IMG/VR virus record: IMGVR_UViG_3300034410_000589
Span: 9,459-73,458 of that record
Reading direction: 5' to 3' (one strand)
DNA length: 64,000 nucleotides
Source of the DNA: a virus
Lineage: Duplodnaviria; Caudoviricetes
Notes under the pieces: model-generated
Seen by the model: the letters and a program-made list of their open reading frames with translations, nothing else
What the model was told of the DNA's origin: nothing
Databases searched by the model: none
Position numbers and translations under genes: made by a program
Part shown: positions 36,911 to 45,700 of the stretch, piece after piece
Layout: every line of letters starts with the position of its first letter
How positions within the stretch are numbered: position 1 is the stretch's first letter

Positions 36911-39900
36911 TTATCCTAAGTATAAAACTGTTTCAATTGCTAAATCTGCCGCGTCTGCTGGATTAATACCAGAGCCTGCACCAGCTGAAGATGCCCAGTT
37001 TATGCCATCAAATATTTCAACCCTGTCGTCTTCAGTGTTAAACCTTGCCATGCCTATTTCTCTATAAGCAACCGCAGGTCTTTCTGCACTAGTACCGCTT
37101 GGTATAACAAGTCCACCTGTTCCGCTGAACTTGACATAACCATTATTTGTATTTTCGAACTGGGTTATACTATTCGATACTGTATTTATGATTCTGTTGC
37201 CATCGAATGCAAAATTCTCTATTTGTACTCTACCAGTTCCTGCCGCACTTAATACTAAATCTTGATCAGTAGTAAGTGTGCTAATTGTGTTTTGCTCTAT
37301 TTGTACATCATCTACTTCAAATCTATCTGCATAGAATCTATTTGAATCAATATCAGCTCTAACAGTATCTTGTGTGTAGAACCTAATCTTGTTGTCATTT
37401 TGGCCTTCAACTAATTCTGCTGTAACTTTTGTGTCACCATCTAAATCTTCAACACCTTGTAATATAATCCAATTAGTTCCATTATAACCTTCATATCTAT
37501 TTAAATCTTGGTTATATCTAATGTGTCCTGGTAAAGCAGAAGCAGGTCTTTGCAAGGTTGTACCAACCGGAATGTTAATTGCGCCAGTGCCTGCAAACAC
37601 TGTGTAGCCTGTTGCAGGAGCAACTAATAAATTAGAACTAGTACTTAATGTTGAACCATTAATATCAAAGTCGTCAATAAGAACAGCGCCTGTTCCTGCT
37701 GTACGTAACTCTAAGTTACTATTGCTTAATGTGGTTGTAATAAAGTTATCGTCAATACAAATATCACCAGTTGAAAACTTTTCTGCTTCAATTATACCTG
37801 ATGCTGTTAAGTTGCCAATAGTTAGTGTGCCGCCAACTTCAAAATCATTTGTAACTTGTAAGTCATTATTTGGAAATAGTACATCTCCAGTACCCGATGT
37901 TTTAATTTCTAAGTTTGCATTTGATTGTGTGCCACTAATAGTATTGCCTGATATTGCTATGCCTTCAAAATCAGCATCACCAGTAACAGTTAAGTTACCA
38001 GTAACATCGGTTGTACCTGTTTGTGTAAAGTTTCCTGTTTGTACAGTATTGCCTACATGTGTAAGTGTTCCGTTTATACCTACAGTGTCGTTTAAAGTAG
38101 TCGTTCCGCTTACTGTAAGGTCTTGTGTTGCTTGTAAATTGTCTTGGACTACTACACTACCAGTTCCATTAGCACGTAGCTCTAAGTCGCTGTTAGACGT
38201 TGTAGTTGTAATAAAGTTATCGTCAATTAATACATCGCCAGTAGTAAAGTTATTTGCTTCAATAGTACCTGTGCTTTGAATATCGCCAACAGTAAGTTGT
38301 CCACTAACAGTTAAATCACCAGTTACACTTACATCACTATCTGGTATTAAAATATTTTGACCAGCTTGTGTTCTAATTTCTAAATCACTATTGCTTTCAG
38401 TTGTTTGAATAACATTACCGACTACTTGTACATCTTCAAATTGTGCTGTACCGTTAATAATTGCGCCGCCAGTAATAGTGTGGTCACCATTAACTGTAAA
38501 GTCTCCAGTTACACTTACATCATTATTAACTGTGACTTCGCCAGTAATTGTAGTTGTACTAAGTTCTGTAACACCAGCAACAGTTAGTGTGTTATCAATT
38601 GTAACATCATTATTTGGTATTAAAACATCACCAGTGCCATTAGCACGGAGTTCTAAATTACTATTACTTAAAGTTGTAGTAATGAAGTTATCGTCAACTA
38701 GTAAGTCACCAGTTGAATAACTATTTGCTATAATTGTTCCTGTGCTTGTAATATTATTAACAGTAAACGTTCCGTTAACATCTAAATCGTTTGTAATTTC
38801 TACATCATTATTTGGAACAATAACTTTGCCAGTGCCGGCCGCACGTAATTCTAAATCTGCATTGCTTGATGTAGTTGTAATAAAGTTATCATCAATTAGT
38901 ATTTCTTCAAGTTGTAATTTTTGATTAACAATAATATTATCAAGTGTCGATGTACCAAGTACTTGTATATTACCAGTGTGTGTTACATTGCCAGTTACTT
39001 GTAGTGTTCCATTAATAGTTGTGTCAGAAAGTGTTGACAAACCTACAACATTTATGTTATTATTAAATGTTACATCATTACTAGGAACAATTATTTCACC
39101 TGTTCCATTAGCACGTAGTTCTAAATTGCTATTAGATTGTGTTGTGGTAATAAAGTTATCATCGATTAAAATGTCGCCAGTACTAAATCTATCTGCTGTA
39201 ATTGTACCGCTACTATTAATATCGTTAACAGTTAATGTTCCATCTACAATTAAATCATTTGTAATTTCTACGTCATTATTTGGTATAAGAACTTTTCCAG
39301 TTCCTACCGCACGTAACTCTAAATTAGTATTTGAAGTAGTAGTTGTAATAAAGTTATCGTCAATTAATATTTCTTCAAACTGTGCTTGACCTGAAACAGT
39401 TAAGTTTTGCGTAATATTAACATCACCAGTAATATTACTGTCACCTGTTTGATTAAAATCACCTGTTAGTGTAAACGTTCCGTTGACTACAGTATCTTGT
39501 AAATCAGTATCACCACTTACTGTAAGGTCATTATTAATCTGTACGTTGTTATTAGGAACAAGTATTTCTCCTGTTCCGTTTGCACGTAGTTCTAATGGAC
39601 TGTTACTGTCAGTGGTTGTTATAAAATTGTCTTCAATTAAAATATTGCCGTTGCTGATTTCACCTGCAATATTAAAATTACCTGTTTGTGTAACATCACC
39701 AGTGTGTACTACTGTTCCTATAATCGTAGTATCTTTTAAATCGGTTGTGCCGTTGACAGTTAAGTTTTGTTCTATAACAACATCACTGCCGTTAATTTTA
39801 ACATCACCAGTACCTGCAGCATCAATGTTAAGATCTGTATTCGGTGTTAATACAGTAATATTGTTATTGTTAATATCAATTGTGCTGTTTGTAAAGTTAG

Positions 39901-42562
39901 TTGCATCAATCGTTGTTCCAACTAGTGTGTTTGCTTGTATTGAGTTAGCAAACATATCATTAGTAACTCTAAAAGTATCATTAGGAATTAATACTTCACC
40001 TGTACCAACAGCACGAAGTTCTAAGTCTGCATTACTTGACGTAGTTGTAATAAAGTTATCATCAATTAGTATTTCTTCAAATTCTGCTTTACCAGAAACA
40101 GTTAAATTACCACCTACATCAACATCACCTTGTACTGTTTGGTCACCTGTTTGTATAATGTTACCTGTAATAGTTAGGTCACCTTGAATGTCTACATCTT
40201 GTAGTACAGAGTCTCCACCAACTGAAAGATCGCCTGTGATATCTACATTTGCACTTGGTACTAATACTCTACCTGTACCACTTGCACGTAATTCTAGATC
40301 TGCGTTTGAAACTGTAGTTTCTATAAAGTTGTTTGTAATTCTAATGTCGCCCATGTCAGCGCCATTTGCGTACAACCATTTCCACATTTTATTATCAGCA
40401 CCTAAGTTGTATGCTGTATCAATGTTTGGTATTAGATCACTGTCAATACCTGCTACAATTTGTATTGTATCACTTGCTTCGTCACCTATTGTAATGTTAC
40501 CACCAATAGTTACATTACCAGTAACATCTAAACTACCTGCAACATTTACGTCACTGTTTAAGTTTAATGTTTGTGTAAGTGGATTAATGTTAATATTACC
40601 AGCTAAACTTTCTATAGTGTTTCCACTTATTCTCAAGTTACCAGTGTCAATTCTATCACCGCTTACAAAAGTTGAGTTACCTCCGCTTGTAAATGTAACA
40701 CCTTGTGTTAAGTCTACATTAAGTGCATTTGCAACAAAGTTTACAGTACCGTCATCTTGGTTTACATAAAATAGATCACCTACTCTAAAATCACCTTTAT
40801 GGTCAACAGTATTAAATCTTATCTTAGCATCATTAAGTTCAATTACTTCGTTGTCTTGTAATACCGTACCTGGGTCATTAGTAACTTCTTTACCATTACC
40901 AATGTATGCTAAGTTTTGTCCAATAGCATAAACAATTACACCTGGTCCGTCTCCGTATAAGCCGTAGTTACCATATACACTAGCACTACCAATCATACGT
41001 ATTTCAGCACCAAAGTCTCTTACATCATGATTTAAAATTGTTGTTGCTGTTACGCCGCTTCCGTTTGATATGCTTTGCGGTGTTGTATCAAAATCTATAA
41101 ATTGTACATTTTTGCCATCAATTACAATAACATCATTGTCAACACTTTCTGCTGTTACAGCAATAGTTGTAGAACTATCTGTAGATGTAAATGTAATTGT
41201 GTCGCCTGCTGTAAATGTTCCTCCAGCAATGCCGCCTAAACGTACACGAGTTTTACCATCGTTGTACTTTCCTGCTGTACCGTCAAATGCGTACAAGCCT
41301 CTATTAGCAAAATATGTAAACGAGTTAAGCCATTCAATTCTTACACCATTTGTAGCAATTAATGTGTCAACACCAGGAGTAATAAATGTTACAGCATGGA
41401 ATAAACAACTTGCTTCTTTTGAACTTGCATTTACAACACTACCATCTAAGTATGCGCCAGCACCAGCATCTGCACTGTTAAATCCTCTAGGATCTTCTGC
41501 TGTAAGTGTTGTACCTTTTGTAATAACTGTAACATTTTTAATATAAGGACTTCTACTTGTTACAGTCATATTGTTTGCATATTTAAATGCATAACCCGGA
41601 CTATAAAAATCTTTAATTGATACGTCTTCAACAGTAGTTTCACCGTTTAATAAAAACGCATCGTTTGTATTAGTTCCTGCTGTAGGAGTTACTGTAACAC
41701 TTCTTAATGAATGTCCTTTTACTGTTACTCCTGCCGGAACTGTTAATGGAAATGTTTCTTCATAAGCACCAGGATAAATGTAAACAGTATCACCTGTGCT
41801 TGCTTGTGTAAGAGCTTGTCCTATTGTTAAGAATGGATCTTGCGGGTGTGTGCCTGTTCTTGCATCATCACCATTTTTTGCAACATAAAAAATGTTGCCT
41901 TGACGTAGTGTCATGTCTACGCCATCTAAAACTAAACTGTTTGCTGTTATCGTATCAGCATTAATTGTATCTGACCAAACTTGGTCCCAACGCTTAGTTG
42001 AATTACCTAGTCTATATGTGTCAGTAACATCAGGTATAATATCACTTGCAACTTCTGCATTAAATGTAACATTATCTGTGTCTGCATCACCAAGTGTAAT
42101 ATTACCATCTGCACTAATATTACCAGTTGCATGAATGTCGCCATTAACTTCTAAGTTTGAAAATACTTCAACTTGTCCTGTTCCGTTAGGACGTAGTTCT
42201 AAGTTTGCATTAGAATCGTTTGTATTAATTACATTGTCAAATATTGAAATACTTTGAATGTCAAGTTGACGTTGATAAACAACACTATCTGCGCCCGTTG
42301 TTAGAAGATTTAGTGTATTAGCACTTTGGATTGTGTTGCCAGAAATAGTAATATCAGCAATTTCTGCTATATTATCTACTATTAAATTTGTTGTTCGGGT
42401 TGTACCATTAACGTGTAAATCGTGTGATGGAGAATTAGTTCGTACACCAATACGCTGATTGTTAACATCTAAATATAATAAGTCAGTCTCAAAAGCTAAA
42501 TCTATTCCATTACGAATAAGATTCGACTTCAAGAGCGGACCCGATATGCGACCTACAGCCAT
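36911..42562 (-). CDS. Long repetitive fibre protein (1883 aa), paralogue of 42704-48232
   Basis: GRISGPLL..NL.RNGIDLAFETDL N-terminus; beta-helix-like SPY...LFHAVTFITPGVD...WLNSFTYFA; about a dozen IDDNFITTT.SN..LELRA.GTG repeats; two C-terminal IP.GT..RP...G..R(Y/F)N motifs. Confidence 0.72.
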   Translation of the reverse strand: MAVGRISGPLLKSNLIRNGIDLAFETDLLYLDVNNQRIGVRTNSPSHDLHVNGTTRTTNLIVDNIAEIADITISGNTIQSANTLNLLTTGADSVVYQRQLDIQSISIFDNVINTNDSNANLELRPNGTGQVEVFSNLEVNGDIHATGNISADGNITLGDADTDNVTFNAEVASDIIPDVTDTYRLGNSTKRWDQVWSDTINADTITANSLVLDGVDMTLRQGNIFYVAKNGDDARTGTHPQDPFLTIGQALTQASTGDTVYIYPGAYEETFPLTVPAGVTVKGHSLRSVTVTPTAGTNTNDAFLLNGETTVEDVSIKDFYSPGYAFKYANNMTVTSRSPYIKNVTVITKGTTLTAEDPRGFNSADAGAGAYLDGSVVNASSKEASCLFHAVTFITPGVDTLIATNGVRIEWLNSFTYFANRGLYAFDGTAGKYNDGKTRVRLGGIAGGTFTAGDTITFTSTDSSTTIAVTAESVDNDVIVIDGKNVQFIDFDTTPQSISNGSGVTATTILNHDVRDFGAEIRMIGSASVYGNYGLYGDGPGVIVYAIGQNLAYIGNGKEVTNDPGTVLQDNEVIELNDAKIRFNTVDHKGDFRVGDLFYVNQDDGTVNFVANALNVDLTQGVTFTSGGNSTFVSGDRIDTGNLRISGNTIESLAGNININPLTQTLNLNSDVNVAGSLDVTGNVTIGGNITIGDEASDTIQIVAGIDSDLIPNIDTAYNLGADNKMWKWLYANGADMGDIRITNNFIETTVSNADLELRASGTGRVLVPSANVDITGDLSVGGDSVLQDVDIQGDLTITGNIIQTGDQTVQGDVDVGGNLTVSGKAEFEEILIDDNFITTTSSNADLELRAVGTGEVLIPNDTFRVTNDMFANSIQANTLVGTTIDATNFTNSTIDINNNNITVLTPNTDLNIDAAGTGDVKINGSDVVIEQNLTVNGTTDLKDTTIIGTVVHTGDVTQTGNFNIAGEISNGNILIEDNFITTTDSNSPLELRANGTGEILVPNNNVQINNDLTVSGDTDLQDTVVNGTFTLTGDFNQTGDSNITGDVNITQNLTVSGQAQFEEILIDDNFITTTTSNTNLELRAVGTGKVLIPNNDVEITNDLIVDGTLTVNDINSSGTITADRFSTGDILIDDNFITTTQSNSNLELRANGTGEIIVPSNDVTFNNNINVVGLSTLSDTTINGTLQVTGNVTHTGNIQVLGTSTLDNIIVNQKLQLEEILIDDNFITTTSSNADLELRAAGTGKVIVPNNDVEITNDLDVNGTFTVNNITSTGTIIANSYSTGDLLVDDNFITTTLSNSNLELRANGTGDVLIPNNDVTIDNTLTVAGVTELSTTTITGEVTVNNDVSVTGDFTVNGDHTITGGAIINGTAQFEDVQVVGNVIQTTESNSDLEIRTQAGQNILIPDSDVSVTGDLTVSGQLTVGDIQSTGTIEANNFTTGDVLIDDNFITTTTSNSDLELRANGTGSVVVQDNLQATQDLTVSGTTTLNDTVGINGTLTHVGNTVQTGNFTQTGTTDVTGNLTVTGDADFEGIAISGNTISGTQSNANLEIKTSGTGDVLFPNNDLQVTNDFEVGGTLTIGNLTASGIIEAEKFSTGDICIDDNFITTTLSNSNLELRTAGTGAVLIDDFDINGSTLSTSSNLLVAPATGYTVFAGTGAINIPVGTTLQRPASALPGHIRYNQDLNRYEGYNGTNWIILQGVEDLDGDTKVTAELVEGQNDNKIRFYTQDTVRADIDSNRFYADRFEVDDVQIEQNTISTLTTDQDLVLSAAGTGRVQIENFAFDGNRIINTVSNSITQFENTNNGYVKFSGTGGLVIPSGTSAERPAVAYREIGMARFNTEDDRVEIFDGINWASSAGAGSGINPADAADLAIETVLYLG

Positions 42563-42681
42563 ATTCTCTCCTTACACGGGGATCCTGTCCCTCTAGCCTA
42601 ATTTTCACCCTTTCGGTTCTTTGCTGGCTAACCACAGTTTGTACTGCAACATTGGTCTATGCTGCATTAATAGTATTTATC
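42563..42681 (-). promoter_or_regulatory. Late promoter GATAAATA (42674-42681) followed by a ~110-nt GC-richer 5' leader
   Basis: Non-coding gap with promoter, TAGCC/GGCTA and GGGA/TCCC stems, and an AAGGAG SD. Confidence 0.55.
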
Positions 42682-42703
42682 CGTTATAGAGAAAAGGGCT
42701 TGG

Positions 42704-45700
42704 TTAGCCTAGTATAAGAGTCCATTCATCAATGGCTTCACCGATAACAAGTGCATCTGCTTGGCTATTATCACCTGCAACAGATACCCATTCTGTACCG
42801 TTCCATACTTCTGCACCAGGTGCTTCTGTATTGTACCTAAGTTCACCAACAACAGGTGTTGCACCTCTGTTTGAATTGTCTCCAGTAGGTAACACCATAC
42901 CGTTAACTTGAGTGTTAATTTTTACATAACCATCGTCTGTAGATATAATATGTAAACCATCATCGTTTGCTAGGTTTTGTATTTTATTATCATCAAATGC
43001 TGTATCGTCAAAAAACTTAACTTTACCTGCGCCATTTGGAACTAATTGCAATGCTGTATTATTTTCTGAAGTAACTATGTTATCAGATATAGTTATATTT
43101 GTTGTTTGCAGTGATGTAGAAATATTTACACCGTCAAGTGCTACACTACCTACTTTAGTTCCTGCTACCCTAAATTCAACTTCGTTGTTTAGTGCTTGTA
43201 CATTTGTTTGTGCATCTTCACTGAATACACCACCAAAATACTGGTTTGCTTGACTAAATCCTTCAAATAGATTTACCTCTGTGTTAAATCTCATATCACC
43301 TGGATTACCGTTTGGTTCTAATGATGTACCTGCATCGTAGAATGTATCTGTTGGACCAAACACAGTAAGTGCATCGCCGCCGTCAACTGTTGTAGGTTGG
43401 GGATCATTTACACCATTACCACCATCTAATGTAATAGACGCTGTTGTTGCTACAATACGTTGTGAATTTAATCCTGCTGGTAATTTAATAGATCGTGTGC
43501 TATCAAATTCAACAATGTCAGTTCCTATTGTAATATTATTATCAGATCTTAACGTAAAATCTTCAAATTCTAACTCTTCAATAAACACTGTGCCAGTACC
43601 AGATGTACGTAACTCTAAATTACTATTACTGTTTGTAGTTGTTATAACATTTTGAAATATTTCAATATCGTCAGTTAATACAAACTTATTTGCTGTAACA
43701 ATATTATCAATTACAAAGTTCGATGCCGAAGCAGATGTTGCTGATAAATTATTATTTACTTTACCTTGTTCAATAACAACATCGCCTGTTCCAGATGCTG
43801 TAAATGTTAAGTCTCCTGCATTATTATTTGTTAATGTACTATCTTCAAATGTAAAGTTGCCTAAATCAGTTTGGCTATCTACAGTTAAGTTTGTTACCGA
43901 AACGTTACCTGTAATGTCTCTGTTTCCGTTTTGATTAACATTAGAGTTAATATTAAGTGTTGAATTTATATTTGTATTTTGTAAACTAGTTGCACCGTCA
44001 ACTACAGCGTTTCCTGTTATATCAAAATTATTATCAATTTCTACGTCACCGGCAGCTCTTAGTTCTAAATTACTGTTACTATTTGTTGTTGTTATAACAT
44101 TGTCAAATATTTCTATGTCAGTTGAACTAACCATATTTTCTAATGCAACACTATCTAAGATTCGTAAACTACCAAACGATGCAGCATTTGCTGACATATC
44201 CTGACTTACTATTGTATCTGTTAGAGACACAATACCAGTTCCACTTGCATTTAATGTAAGGTCGCTTGCAGTAGACAGTATAAGTTGATTACTATTAATC
44301 TGTAAGTTTCCAATACTATCATATTGTAAAGGACCTGTGTGCTGAACTGTAAGTGTACCATTAATTGTAGCACCGGAAGTAGTTTGTAACGTACCAGTCA
44401 TTGTTACATTATTATTAACTGTTGTTAGTCCGCTAATAATTAACTCATCATTAATTGTTGTTAGGTCATTAACAGTTAAATCATTTGTAATATCTAAATC
44501 ATTTTGTACATCAATAATACCTGTGCCATTTGCACGTAATTCTAAGTTACTATTGCTTAATGTAGTTGTTACAACATTATTAAAAAATTCAATATCGTCA
44601 CTGTCTAATAATGCAGCTTCAAAATCTTGATCTGCAATAATATTAGTTGCTGTAAGATTATCTGCACTTACATTATTTTCAAAAACAACGTCTTCTTGAA
44701 AGACAACTTTGCCTGTGCCATTTGCACGTAATTCTAAATCACTATTACTATTAACACTTGTAATAACATTACCATCAATAGTAACACCTTCAAACTCTTG
44801 TTTATTTTCGGTTAATATTAATTCGTCTGTAGTAAGTGTACCTGTAACAGTATAATCATTAGTAAATGTTGTATTGCCATTAATATTTGTAATGCCTGTA
44901 ATTTCAACATTGTCTAAAGTGCTTAGTGTATTAACGTTAAGTGCATTAGTAATAGTTGTATTATCAGTAAACACAATATTTCCATTACCGTCTGCACGTA
45001 ACTCTAAATTTGTGTTAGATATTTTTGTACTAATAAAGTTATCGTCTATTTCTATAATGCTAGTAGGTATAATTAATTCATTTAACACTAAGTCTTGGGC
45101 AACATTAACATTTACAACTTGTGCATTTGCTGCACTTATATTATTTGTAATTTCTACATTGCTATTAGGTACTAATACATTACCTGTTCCAACAGCACGA
45201 AGTTCTAAATCTGCATTACTTGACGTAGTAGTAATAAAATTATCATCAATTAATATTTCTTCAAACTGTGCCTGTTGTGTAACATCAATATTTTGTGTAA
45301 CTGTTAAGTTTCCTGTAAACCCTCTGTCGCCGTCGACATACGAAAATCCTGGTTCAAACGTTCCTGTAACAGTAAAGTTACTAAATGTACTAGTACCGTT
45401 TACGTCTAAATTATTGTTTATAGTTACACTTTCGGGTATATAAATTTCTCCAGTGCCATTAGCACGAAGTTCTAAGTTACTATTTGATTCTGTTGCAGTA
45501 ATAAAGTTATCTTCAATTAATATATTACCGTTGCTTATTTCACCTGCAATATTGTAATTGCCTGATTGCGTTCTATTACCAGTGTGTTGTAAACTACCTA
45601 CAACATTTAAATCTGCAAGGTTGTTACTACCTTCTACTGTAAGATTTTCTTCAATTAAAACATCGCTAGAATTAACTTTTACATTACCTGATGCACCAAT

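Noticed and set aside
40005-45265. 77-nt repeat pair whose four mismatches are all A in one copy on the + strand, like a DGR template/variable repeat
   Set aside because: Both copies are inside minus-strand CDSs, so on the sense strand the variable base is T, at synonymous positions. No reverse transcriptase is in the window and the site is not C-terminal.
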